54,417 nt of DNA, taken from positions 1-54,417 of the forward strand of contig JBGQKV010000001.1 of NCBI GenBank assembly GCA_041499755.1, given 5' to 3'. Source of the DNA: Minisyncoccia bacterium (lineage in GTDB: Bacteria; Patescibacteriota; Minisyncoccia; Phycocordibacterales; UBA9973). The translations under genes and the position numbers were made by a program. Shown here piece after piece: positions 35,133-44,157 of the stretch (the stretch's first letter is position 1; each line of letters starts with the position of its first letter). The notes under the pieces are model-generated. The model saw only the letters and a list, made by a program, of their open reading frames with translations, ran no database searches and was not told the origin of the DNA.

Positions 35133-36398
35133 ATGGATAAGAAGATTAAAAGATTTTGGAAAATCCTAGGTCCTGGGCTTACGACTGGCGCGGCAGATGA
35201 TGATCCGTCTGGCATAGCTACCTATTCGCAGACGGGCGCTAAATACGGCTTTGGCCTGCTCTGGCTTTCACTTTTTACTTTTCCTTTAATGGCAGTGGTT
35301 CAAGAAATGTGCGCTCGTATCGGCCTCGTCACGGGTCAGGGGCTTGCGGCGAACATTAAAAAACATTATTCAAAAAAAGTTCTCTACTTTTGCGCTGCGC
35401 TGCTCCTTTTTTCCAATACTTTCAACATCGGCGCGGACTTAGGTGCCATGGCCAAGGGGACACAGCTTCTCGCGCCTCACTTTGGTTTTGCTTGGCTCGT
35501 CATAACTTTTGCCATTGTCTCACTCCTTCTTCAGATTCTCATTCCCTACAAAAAGTACGCCAAGTATTTAAAATATTTGACCTTTGTGCTTTTAGCTTAT
35601 ATTTTTTCTGCGCTAGTGGTGGACATAAATTGGAGCGAGGTGTGGGGGCATACCTTTATACCAGCGATGAGTTTCTCTAAAGATTCTATAATTTTGATTT
35701 GCGCAGTCTTAGGGACTACCATCTCCCCATATCTTTTTTTCTGGCAAACTTCCCAAGAAGTAGAAGAATATAATTTAACCCCACAAGAAGTAGAAGGCAT
35801 ATCTACTGACGTTAATGTACAGCGAGACATAAAAAATATGCGAGTGGATGTTTGGTCAGGGATGTTTTTTTCAAATCTCGTGATGTTTTTTATAATTATT
35901 GCTTGTGGCGCGACACTTTTCAAAAACGGCATTACAAATATTACTACCGCCGCGGACGCGGCACTTGCCCTGCGCCCATTTGCGGGGAATTTCACTTATA
36001 TTCTTTTCGCAATAGGAATTATTGGCACGGGGCTTTTAGCAATACCGGTTTTGGCGGGCTCCGCTTCTTATGCTGTGTCTGAGTCATTCGGCTGGAAGGA
36101 GGGGCTTTATAGAAAATGGCACGAAGGACACGCTTTTTACTCGGTGATGATCTTGGCAGTAGGTCTCGGTATACTTTTAAACTTTATCGGCCTTGATCCT
36201 ATCAAGGCGCTCATATACTCGGCAGTATTGAACGGCATTATCGCGCCGATTATTATCTTTATAATTTTACATTTAAGTTCCAGCGAGAAAATAATGGGGT
36301 CTTTTAAAAATAAGCCATGGACTAAATCTATCGGCTGGATTGCTTTTGTCCTGATGGCGCTGGTAGGTGTTGCCGCCATAGTTTCCTTTTGGCTGTAA
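35133..36398 (+). CDS. mntH: NRAMP-family divalent metal transporter
   Basis: GPGLTTGAADDDPSGIATYSQ(T)GA motif and about 11 TM segments. Start moved to the ATG at 35133. Confidence 0.85.
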   Translation: MDKKIKRFWKILGPGLTTGAADDDPSGIATYSQTGAKYGFGLLWLSLFTFPLMAVVQEMCARIGLVTGQGLAANIKKHYSKKVLYFCAALLLFSNTFNIGADLGAMAKGTQLLAPHFGFAWLVITFAIVSLLLQILIPYKKYAKYLKYLTFVLLAYIFSALVVDINWSEVWGHTFIPAMSFSKDSIILICAVLGTTISPYLFFWQTSQEVEEYNLTPQEVEGISTDVNVQRDIKNMRVDVWSGMFFSNLVMFFIIIACGATLFKNGITNITTAADAALALRPFAGNFTYILFAIGIIGTGLLAIPVLAGSASYAVSESFGWKEGLYRKWHEGHAFYSVMILAVGLGILLNFIGLDPIKALIYSAVLNGIIAPIIIFIILHLSSSEKIMGSFKNKPWTKSIGWIAFVLMALVGVAAIVSFWL

Positions 36399-36416
36399 CT
36401 CTTGTATATTCTTTAT

Positions 36417-37451
36417 ATGGAGATTTTGAAGGACTATGATTTAACCAGCTTAAATACCCTTGCAGTCGTCGCCAAGGCGAAGTTTTTTGTGGCAATTGAA
36501 AAAGAGTCACATATTGCCGAGCTTTTTGCCTCGCCGGAATTTAAGGACAATAAAAAGTTTTTCCTCGGTGGGGGAAGCAATATTCTTTTTATGAAGGATT
36601 TTGATGGCATCGTCATCCAAAATAAATTGAAAGGAATTAAAATTTTAAGCGAGGAGGATGAGACTATCCACCTGAAAATGATGGGCGGGGAAGATTGGCA
36701 TGAAGCAGTCTTGTTTTGTGTGGATAAGGGCTACTGGGGGATTGAAAATTTATCTTTGATTCCGGGCAGTGTAGGTGCCGCGCCGATTCAAAATATTGGA
36801 GCCTATGGGGCGGAGCTTAAAGATGTATTGGAAAGTGTGGAAGTTTACGACATGGGGACTGGTGAGAAGAAAGTATTATCGCGAGAGGACTGTAAATTCG
36901 GCTACCGGGACAGTATTTTTAAAACTTCTGCCAAAGGAAAATATTTAATTTCTTCGGTCACTTTAAAACTAAGCAAAATTCCCAAGCCGAACATCTCTTA
37001 CAAAATACTTAAAGATTTTTTAGAAAAAAATAACATTCCAAGTCCGAGCCTGCGGCAAATTTCAAATGCGGTATGTCAAATCCGCCGCAGCAAGCTGCCA
37101 GATCCAAAGGTTATACCGAATGCCGGAAGTTTTTTTAAAAATCTTTTAGTGGATAGCGACAGGATTGTGAAACTGAAGGAAAAATATCCAGATATGCCCA
37201 CTTTTAAAGATGATAGTGGTATTACAAAAATATCCACCGCTTGGCTCATAGAGCAGGCTGGCCCCGCAGACGGGACAAGCTGGAAAGGGTACAGGGAAGG
37301 CAAGGTCGGCATGCATGAGAAGCAAGCATTAGTCTTGGTAAATTACGGTGGGGCGACAGGAGAGGAAATTATATCTTTTGCGCAAAAAATTATCGCTTCG
37401 GTGGAGCAAAAATTTGGGCTTGCAATAATGCCGGAAGTGAATATAATATAA
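36417..37451 (+). CDS. murB: UDP-N-acetylenolpyruvoylglucosamine reductase MurB
   Basis: LTSLNTL, FFLGGGSNILF, the FAD-binding domain pattern and C-terminal GSFFKN. TATATT lies 6 nt before the ATG at 36417. Confidence 0.85.
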   Translation: MEILKDYDLTSLNTLAVVAKAKFFVAIEKESHIAELFASPEFKDNKKFFLGGGSNILFMKDFDGIVIQNKLKGIKILSEEDETIHLKMMGGEDWHEAVLFCVDKGYWGIENLSLIPGSVGAAPIQNIGAYGAELKDVLESVEVYDMGTGEKKVLSREDCKFGYRDSIFKTSAKGKYLISSVTLKLSKIPKPNISYKILKDFLEKNNIPSPSLRQISNAVCQIRRSKLPDPKVIPNAGSFFKNLLVDSDRIVKLKEKYPDMPTFKDDSGITKISTAWLIEQAGPADGTSWKGYREGKVGMHEKQALVLVNYGGATGEEIISFAQKIIASVEQKFGLAIMPEVNII

Positions 37452-37453
37452 AT

Positions 37454-37849
37454 ATGAAGACTAATATGATAATTTGGGTTTTGATTGTGGTTCTAGTCGT
37501 AGGGGGTCTTATTTATATTACTAATAATCATAAAAATACAATGCCGGAAGAAAAAATTACAAAAGCAGGGGATATGATATCTGTTAATTATACAGGCAGC
37601 CTTGAAAATGGCACAGTATTTGATTCAAATGTTGATCCAAAATTTAGCCATGTAGAGCCATTCCAATTTACTCTCGGCGCAGGGCAGGTAATACCGGGTT
37701 GGGACAATGGTCTTCTAGGCATGAAGGTTGGCGAGAAGCGCCACTTGGTGATTCCTCCCGCGGATGCTTATGGAGCAGATGGCCGCCCGCCAGTAATCCC
37801 TCCCAATTCCACCCTTATCTTTGATGTAGAATTATTAGCAATTAAATAA
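37454..37849 (+). CDS. membrane-anchored FKBP-type peptidyl-prolyl isomerase
   Basis: N-terminal TM, then Y.G.L.NG..FDS, F.LG.GQVIPGWD.GL.GMKVGEKR and L.FDVELL. TATAAT lies 6 nt before the ATG. Confidence 0.85.
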   Translation: MKTNMIIWVLIVVLVVGGLIYITNNHKNTMPEEKITKAGDMISVNYTGSLENGTVFDSNVDPKFSHVEPFQFTLGAGQVIPGWDNGLLGMKVGEKRHLVIPPADAYGADGRPPVIPPNSTLIFDVELLAIK

Positions 37850-37877
37850 CTTGCCCCGCCATGGCGGTGGAAAAATC

Positions 37878-38675
37878 ATGGAAACATTATTTACCAATAA
37901 AAGATTTATAAAAATTTGCACCGCTTTTATCGCTATTCTTTGCGTGTGCGCAGTAGTAGTTTTATTTAAAATAGTTTCTAATGACGATCTCGGGGCTAAT
38001 ATTCCTCCGAATACCATTTCTTTCTCAGGGCACGGCGAAGTGCAGGCAGTGCCGGACATTGCCACTATCTATTTTACTGTTGAGGCGAGCAAGGGAACTC
38101 AAGGTGAAGCAAGCGATGAGGTAAACACAAAGACCAAGAAAATTCTTGATTTTATAAAATCTTCTGGCGTGGCAGAACGTGATATAAAAACTGAAGGCTA
38201 CAATTCTTACCCAAAATATTCCAATCCGGAAGTGTGCCCGATGTATTACGGACAGGGTATAATGCCACCATGCCGAGTCGGCGAGTCTAAGATCATAGGC
38301 TACACAGTCTCGCAGAGTATCACCGTAAAAGTGCGCAAGGTTGATGATGCTTCAAAAGTTATTGATGGTATAAATAAAATAGGCGTGACCAATATGTCTG
38401 GACCTAATTTGACCATTGACAATGAAGATACTCTTAAGGCAGAAGCTCGCCAGAAAGCAATTGACGACGCAAAAGCAAAAGCCAAAGAACTAGCCAGTCA
38501 ACTTGGAGTTCATTTGGAAAAAATCTCTAACTTCAGCGAGGGAGGAAATTACCCGATAATGTATGGAAAGGCAGAAGCAATGTCTGCAGACTCTGTTGCT
38601 CCTGTCCCTTCTCAAATACCAAAAGGCGAAAATACAATCTCTTCGGATGTGACAATAACTTACGAAATTAGATAA
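37878..38675 (+). CDS. SIMPL/DUF541-domain secreted protein
   Basis: N-terminal TM or signal sequence plus the characteristic VTITYEI C-terminus and a KA.DDAKAKA helix. Confidence 0.7.
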   Translation: METLFTNKRFIKICTAFIAILCVCAVVVLFKIVSNDDLGANIPPNTISFSGHGEVQAVPDIATIYFTVEASKGTQGEASDEVNTKTKKILDFIKSSGVAERDIKTEGYNSYPKYSNPEVCPMYYGQGIMPPCRVGESKIIGYTVSQSITVKVRKVDDASKVIDGINKIGVTNMSGPNLTIDNEDTLKAEARQKAIDDAKAKAKELASQLGVHLEKISNFSEGGNYPIMYGKAEAMSADSVAPVPSQIPKGENTISSDVTITYEIR

Positions 38676-38720
38676 AGACATCAGAATTGACTATTTAATC
38701 CCAAAAGAGTAGTATTTAAA

Positions 38721-38743
38721 AAGCCCTCCAGGGGGCTTTTTTA
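38721..38743 (+). terminator. intrinsic terminator
   Basis: AGCCC / loop / GGGCT hairpin followed by a T6 run. Confidence 0.65.
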
Positions 38744-38783
38744 TAAGAAGAAACGCAGAAAAAAGGTTATAATATAGGTATAT

Positions 38784-38969
38784 ATGTCAAAAATCACTGA
38801 ATATTTTAAAGAGACAAAAAGCGAACTCAAGCATGTGAATTGGCCGACCCGGAGCCAGACTTTTTATTACACGCTTATTGTTATATTGCTTTCTGTCATT
38901 CTCGCCTACTTTTTAGGATTTTTTGATTTTCTGTTTTCACTCGGTCTTGGAAAGGTACTTTCATTTTAA
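38784..38969 (+). CDS. secE: preprotein translocase subunit SecE
   Basis: 61 aa with E.K.V.WP motif, a single TM, and a position upstream of nusG. Confidence 0.85.
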   Translation: MSKITEYFKETKSELKHVNWPTRSQTFYYTLIVILLSVILAYFLGFFDFLFSLGLGKVLSF

Positions 38970-38972
38970 CTT

Positions 38973-39518
38973 ATGTCTAAACAAGAATCACAAGGGGAGA
39001 GGCATTGGTATGCTATCCACACATACGCTGGTTATGAAAACGCAGTTTTGCGCAATTTGAAGCAACGCATAGAATCCCTTGGTATGCAGGAAAAGATTTT
39101 CAACGTCATTGTGCCGATTGAGAAAAAAATAAAAATAAAAGCAGGCAAGCGGGTAGAAGTAGAAGAAAAAATTTATCCAGGTTACGTCTTGGTGGATATG
39201 GTCGTCACTGACGATTCTTGGTATGTCGTTCGCAACACTCCGCGCGTTACCGGCTTTGTCGGTGCAGGGGTCAACCCCGTGCCACTCAAAAAAGAGGAAG
39301 TGGAGTATTTATTCAAGAAAATGAGTGCCGATACCGCGAAGCACAATATTGACCTCGCAATTGGAGAGACGGTGATGATTACCGATGGCCCATTTAAAGA
39401 GCTTGAAGGGAAAGTAAATTCAATTGACCAGGAAAGAGGCAAGATCAAAGTGCTGGTCTCCATGTTCGGCCGAGAAACTCCGGTAGAACTTGATTTCTTG
39501 CAAGTTAAGAAGATATAA
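38973..39518 (+). CDS. nusG: transcription termination/antitermination factor NusG
   Basis: HWYAIHTYAGYEN NGN domain and a KOW motif (GETVMITDGPFKELEGKV). Confidence 0.9.
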   Translation: MSKQESQGERHWYAIHTYAGYENAVLRNLKQRIESLGMQEKIFNVIVPIEKKIKIKAGKRVEVEEKIYPGYVLVDMVVTDDSWYVVRNTPRVTGFVGAGVNPVPLKKEEVEYLFKKMSADTAKHNIDLAIGETVMITDGPFKELEGKVNSIDQERGKIKVLVSMFGRETPVELDFLQVKKI

Positions 39519-39535
39519 GCTAATCTAACAACCGT

Positions 39536-39958
39536 ATGGCAAAAAAGATAACCAAAAAAATAAAACTTCAAATTATGGGCGGGAAAGCTACTCCGGCTCC
39601 GCCCTTAGGGCCTGCCCTCGGACAGGCTGGCATAAACATCGGGGACTTTGTCACTAAGTTCAACGCTAAAACTCAGAAAATGATGGGAGAGAAAGTCGGC
39701 GTGCTTGTATATGTCTATGAAGATCGCTCGTATGATTTTATAGTAAAAACCCCAGCTGCTACTGGGCTCATTCTAAAAGCGGCCGGAGTAGAGAAAGGTT
39801 CCGGCAAGCCGAATTCCCAAAAAGTGGGGAAGATCACCCGCGCACAGGCTCTCGAAATCGCAAACAAAAAGCGCGCAGACCTAAATGCCAAAGATGACGA
39901 AGGCGCTATCGCTATCATCGCGGGTTCTGCCCGTTCTGCTGGTATCACTGTAGAATAA
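39536..39958 (+). CDS. rplK: 50S ribosomal protein uL11
   Basis: [20 protein letters not shown]...F motif. Confidence 0.9.
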   Translation: MAKKITKKIKLQIMGGKATPAPPLGPALGQAGINIGDFVTKFNAKTQKMMGEKVGVLVYVYEDRSYDFIVKTPAATGLILKAAGVEKGSGKPNSQKVGKITRAQALEIANKKRADLNAKDDEGAIAIIAGSARSAGITVE

Positions 39959-39962
39959 TAAT

Positions 39963-40610
39963 ATGCAAAATTTAAGCGAGATGGATTACAAAAAAATACT
40001 AATTTGTCTCACTCTTTATATTACCTCCATTTTTGCCTCCAACACCTTAGGCATAAAATTAATGCCTTTTCTTTTCGGCACACACCTTTCTGTCGCTGTT
40101 TTTTGTTTTCCAATAGTTTTTATAATGACGGATGTCATTGGGGAAGTGTACGGCAAAAGAATGGCGAAGAACTTTGTTTTAGCCGGGGTAATAAGCATTA
40201 TTCTTTTTCTATTCTATTCTTTTCTTTCCACAATTCTTCCTTGGGCCAAGGAAGGCATGTGGGTTCATGACGGCTACAATCAGATTTTCGGTCTTTCGGC
40301 GCGTATTTCCATCGCATCGTTGGTCGCTTTTGTTATTGCTGAATATCAAGACGTTATTTCTTTTTTCTTTTTCAAAAAATATACAGGCGAGAAAAACTTT
40401 TGGCTTCGTTCAAATCTTTCCAACCTTTGGTCTCAGCTTCTAGATACGATCATTTTTATGTCTATTGCTTTCATTGGGATTTATCCAATAAAGACAATAC
40501 TATTCATAATTATCCCATGGTGGCTTTTCAAAGTCATAATGGGTTTTGTATACACCCCTCTTTCATATTTAGGTATTCGCATTTTGAGAAAGCATGAAAA
40601 AACAAGTTAA
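39963..40610 (+). CDS. YhhQ/DUF165-family (queuosine-precursor transporter-like) membrane protein
   Basis: P..F..TD...E.YG motif and a 6-TM layout typical of the VUT/YhhQ family. Confidence 0.7.
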   Translation: MQNLSEMDYKKILICLTLYITSIFASNTLGIKLMPFLFGTHLSVAVFCFPIVFIMTDVIGEVYGKRMAKNFVLAGVISIILFLFYSFLSTILPWAKEGMWVHDGYNQIFGLSARISIASLVAFVIAEYQDVISFFFFKKYTGEKNFWLRSNLSNLWSQLLDTIIFMSIAFIGIYPIKTILFIIIPWWLFKVIMGFVYTPLSYLGIRILRKHEKTS

Positions 40611-41115
40611 GTACACTGCATATGTAGCCACAAGCATTGATGGTAGGATATCCGAGAGCCGTAGGTCAAAAGTAGATTGGGCAAGCTCTGAAGATTGGGC
40701 TTTTTTTCAAAAGGCATTAAAAGGGATGGATGTGGTGGTTGTGGGGTACAATACATACAAAGTCTCCGAAAACCGCATTAAAAGGCGAAATGCTATAGTT
40801 TTAACCTCAAAAGTAAACATGCCGAAAACACAGGGATTAGTAGTTTTTCTTAACCCAAAAAAGTCCGACTTAAAAAAGTTTATCCAAAGTAAAAATTATA
40901 AAAAAGTGGCAGTAATAGGCGGTCCACAGGTTTACAATTTTTGTCTTGAGAATAAAATGCTGGATGAGCTTTTTGTGACCATTGAGCCGTATGTGTTTAC
41001 CTCTGGTGTGCCGATGTTTTCAGGAAAAAGTTTTAAGAAGCACAACTTTACACTTCTTTCAGTAAAAAAATTAAATAAAACTGGCACTATTCTATTGCAT
41101 TATAAAAAAATATGA
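40594..41115 (+). CDS. RibD C-terminal / DHFR-fold reductase-like protein
   Basis: YVATSIDGRI start, VVVGYNTY, V.GGPQVYN and LDELFVTIEP motifs. Confidence 0.7.
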   Translation: MKKQVKYTAYVATSIDGRISESRRSKVDWASSEDWAFFQKALKGMDVVVVGYNTYKVSENRIKRRNAIVLTSKVNMPKTQGLVVFLNPKKSDLKKFIQSKNYKKVAVIGGPQVYNFCLENKMLDELFVTIEPYVFTSGVPMFSGKSFKKHNFTLLSVKKLNKTGTILLHYKKI

Positions 41116-41816
41116 AAATACAAGCAATAAAAACCAGAATCTTTCGCGAGAATGAAGATTTAATTAAATTCATTCTAAAATATATTAAAAAACTTCCAGA
41201 CAAGTCTATTTTGGTCATCACTTCCAAAATTGTAGCGCTTTCAGAAGGGAAAACAGTAGAATTTAAAAATCAAAAAGAAAAAACAGCTTTAATAAAAAAA
41301 GAAAGTGAATTTTCTTTGAAAACAAAATATGTCTGGCTTACCATAAAAGATGGCACGATTATGGCGGAAGCCGGTATTGATGAGTCCAACGCGGCTGGGA
41401 AACTTATTCTTTTGCCGAAAGACAGCTTTAAAACAGCTCTATTTATGCAAAAGACATTAAAGAAAAAATTTAAAATAAAAAAGCTCGGAGTTTTGATTAC
41501 AGATTCTAGATTGCTACCACTTCGCGCTGGGGTTGTCGGTGTTGCTCTTGGGTATTCTGGATTTGCGGGCATTCGTGATTATCGAGGAAAGCCTGATATT
41601 TTTGGGCGCAAGTTAAAACTGACTAGGACGGATGTGGCGGATAGCTTGGCGACAACCGCAGTGCTTTGTATGGGGGAAGGCAAAGAACAGCAGCCATTGG
41701 CACTTATCACCGATGCGCCAGTCGTTTTTACGGAAAAAGTTAACAAAAAAGAACTGATAATTAATCCCAAAGAGGACTTGTATGCGCCCTTTTTTCGGAG
41801 TATATTAAAGAAGTGA
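41112..41816 (+). CDS. CofE-like (F420-0:gamma-glutamyl ligase family) protein
   Basis: TSKIVALSEGK, EAGIDESNA, VLITDS and GVALG..G motifs of the F420_ligase fold. Confidence 0.65.
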   Translation: MKIQAIKTRIFRENEDLIKFILKYIKKLPDKSILVITSKIVALSEGKTVEFKNQKEKTALIKKESEFSLKTKYVWLTIKDGTIMAEAGIDESNAAGKLILLPKDSFKTALFMQKTLKKKFKIKKLGVLITDSRLLPLRAGVVGVALGYSGFAGIRDYRGKPDIFGRKLKLTRTDVADSLATTAVLCMGEGKEQQPLALITDAPVVFTEKVNKKELIINPKEDLYAPFFRSILKK

Positions 41817-42310
41817 AAAAGGACTCAACAGTCAAAAGAAGGCCTTCCTGGGATGAGTATTTTATAGGTATGGCCAATTATGTGGCGACGCGGGCTACTT
41901 GCGATCGGGGACGAAGCGGATGCGTAATTGTGCGCGACAAACGGGTAATATCTACTGGTTATGTCGGCTCACCGCCTGGGCTCCCGCATTGTGATGATGT
42001 AGGCCATGAGATGCATAAAGTAGTAGGGGAAGATGGTGTTGAGTCAATGCACTGTATTCGCACCGCGCACGCCGAACAGAATGCTATAGCCCAGGCAGCG
42101 CGCTTTGGTGTATCCCTGGACGGTGCCACTATATACTGCCGAATGGTCCTTTGCTATACTTGTGCCAAGCTTGCTATCACCGCAGGGATAAAGAGAGTGG
42201 TAGCTGAAAAAGATTATCATGCGTCAAAGAGAAGTAAAGAAATATTAAAGGAAGCGGGAGTGAAATTGGAAATTATAAATAAAGAGGTAGAGAAATACCA
42301 AAGGCAATAA
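41813..42310 (+). CDS. dCMP deaminase (ComEB-type)
   Basis: W..YF...A...A.R..C, HAEQNAI and a PC..CAK zinc-binding signature. Confidence 0.85.
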   Translation: MKKDSTVKRRPSWDEYFIGMANYVATRATCDRGRSGCVIVRDKRVISTGYVGSPPGLPHCDDVGHEMHKVVGEDGVESMHCIRTAHAEQNAIAQAARFGVSLDGATIYCRMVLCYTCAKLAITAGIKRVVAEKDYHASKRSKEILKEAGVKLEIINKEVEKYQRQ

Positions 42311-42314
42311 TTTT

Positions 42315-42644
42315 ATGATAGATCTAAAAGAACTGCAAAAAGAAGTAATGAGAAATAAGCTGGAAAAAGGCTTTAACACAACAGACGTGGCTTTGGAGTT
42401 TTGCCGGGCGCACGAAGAGCTCTCTGAAGCATTTTCAAAATTCAGTAAAAATCAAAAAGGTGTAGCAGAAGAGTTTGCCGACGTTGCCGTATTCCTTCTA
42501 GGAATGTCAGAAATTTTAGGTTTTGATTTAGAGAAAGAGCTTGTGTCAAAAATAGAAAAAAATAAGAAAAGAAAGTACAGAAAAGAAAAATCTCCGGATG
42601 GCAAAGATATTTTCATCCGTATTAAAACCGACGAGGATCCCTAA
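42315..42644 (+). CDS. MazG-like all-alpha nucleotide pyrophosphohydrolase domain protein
   Basis: EE.SEA....EEFADVAVFLLGM pattern in a 109-aa protein. Confidence 0.65.
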   Translation: MIDLKELQKEVMRNKLEKGFNTTDVALEFCRAHEELSEAFSKFSKNQKGVAEEFADVAVFLLGMSEILGFDLEKELVSKIEKNKKRKYRKEKSPDGKDIFIRIKTDEDP

Positions 42645-43126
42645 ATCTTTTCGTAGACTAAAAAAGTATAAGTGTGCGGATTTTTTTCATCAGCTGGGTG
42701 TTCCTCCCGGCTGTTTTCTTGCCACTCTGGGCCCAGAGCAGGGAAGAATGCATCTGCTTCTGCCTCGCTATCCACTTTAGTTAAGTAAAGTTTATTGGCG
42801 AAAGGCATTGCTTGCTTGTAAATTTCTGCGCCACCGATTATGAATACCTCCTCATTTTTGTCTTTAAATAAATTTAGCACTTCTTCCAGTGAATGATACA
42901 CATTTACGCTATCGCGCATATATGTAAGGTCTCTAGTTATGACAAAGTTTTCTCTGTTGGGCAGGGGTTTGCCTATTGATTCAAAAGTTTTTCGCCCCAT
43001 GATTACCGGATGCCCCGAAGTTGTTTCTTTAAAATGCTTCATATCCGCTGGCATATGCCAGAGCAGGGTATTGTCTTTTCCCAGTTCATTATTTTTACCG
43101 ATGGCGGCGATGATGGAGAGAATCAT
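42641..43126 (-). CDS. folA: dihydrofolate reductase
   Basis: MILSIIAAIGKNNELGKDN.LLW....D.K.FKE.T.GH.VIMGRKT(F)ESIG motif. 4-nt overlap with the thyA stop. Confidence 0.9.
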   Translation of the reverse strand: MILSIIAAIGKNNELGKDNTLLWHMPADMKHFKETTSGHPVIMGRKTFESIGKPLPNRENFVITRDLTYMRDSVNVYHSLEEVLNLFKDKNEEVFIIGGAEIYKQAMPFANKLYLTKVDSEAEADAFFPALGPEWQENSREEHPADEKNPHTYTFLVYEKI

Positions 43127-43995
43127 ATTGCAATTTCGAAAGGAATTCGTGGGTAGCTTTCGTAGCCATTTAATTTTGTGTCTTCTGATTTCCATTCAAA
43201 AATTGATTTCCAGTTTTCAGTTTCAATTTTAGGCAAGGGGTATTTTTCAGGGTCTCGAGAGAGCTGTTCTTTTGCTCCATCTACATGATTTTCAAATAGA
43301 TGCACGTCAGCGAGAAATCCTACCAGTTTTCCTTCTTGGAGTCCGGCTTCTTTTGCGATCAAGTGAAGCAGTAATGCGTAGCTCGCGATATTAAAAGGAA
43401 GGCCGAGCATAGTATCCACTGAGCGTTGATTCCATAATAAATTAACTTTGCCGTTTATGACGGTGACTTGAAAACAGTAATGGCATGGAGGCAAACCCAT
43501 CTCTTCCAGTTGCAGTGGGTTCCACGCAGAGACGATCATTCTGCGGTCTCTTGGATTTGTTTTCAGTATTTCAATCAGTCTTTTGATTTGATCAAAACCT
43601 TTTCCCGTGTAATCAGTATCAAAGCTTTCATATTTAGCATTAAAATGTCTCCATTGAAATCCATAAATAGGCCCCAAGTCGCGCTCCCCCAGCATTCTTT
43701 TTTTTGATTCTTCATCATGTCCGTACGGTGCTTTTTTTGGGCTAGCCCATTCGTCCCAGATATGATTATTGCGATCAATGAGCCATTTTTTGTCAGTGAT
43801 TCCATTTATAAAAAACTCTAACTCAGTCGCTATCAAACGGAGTGGCATTTTTTTGGTCGTGAGCAGGGGAAAGCCTTTTGCCATGTCGTGTTCAAAAATA
43901 GCTCCGGCCATTGTGTAAGCTTTTGGGCCTTGGCGAGTAGAAACTATCTCGCCTTTTTCTAAAACATTTTTTACTATATCCAAGTAAGCTTTCAT
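43123..43995 (-). CDS. thyA: thymidylate synthase ThyA
   Basis: MKAYLDIV..VL..G, FQWRHF, and the PPCH..FQ catalytic Cys region. TATACT lies 7 nt upstream of the ATG at 43995. Confidence 0.9.
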   Translation of the reverse strand: MKAYLDIVKNVLEKGEIVSTRQGPKAYTMAGAIFEHDMAKGFPLLTTKKMPLRLIATELEFFINGITDKKWLIDRNNHIWDEWASPKKAPYGHDEESKKRMLGERDLGPIYGFQWRHFNAKYESFDTDYTGKGFDQIKRLIEILKTNPRDRRMIVSAWNPLQLEEMGLPPCHYCFQVTVINGKVNLLWNQRSVDTMLGLPFNIASYALLLHLIAKEAGLQEGKLVGFLADVHLFENHVDGAKEQLSRDPEKYPLPKIETENWKSIFEWKSEDTKLNGYESYPRIPFEIAI

Positions 43996-44157
43996 ATAAT
44001 CCAGTATAACTTTTCTGAATGACCCGCACAAAGTTGACATTAAAGTACCAATATGCTATTCTTTCATTATCAATCTCACCTTTATTTAACGAGATATGAC
44101 GATTGTGGAAATTAGCATTGTTTGTCATAAAGCTAGTATCCATGACAAAAATGCAAT

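Noticed and set aside
37851-37877. TTG start at 37851 for the SIMPL-domain gene, and the CCGCCATGGCGG palindrome as a terminator.
   Set aside because: The first in-frame ATG at 37878 gives a normal N-terminus followed by a TM segment. The palindrome is short and lacks a T-run.
20934-41115. Alternative genetic code (UGA recoded), as in some CPR lineages.
   Set aside because: TGA works as a stop at well-defined gene ends and in ATGA overlaps (20934-20936, 29247-29249, 41113-41115). Conserved genes are not interrupted by in-frame TGA.
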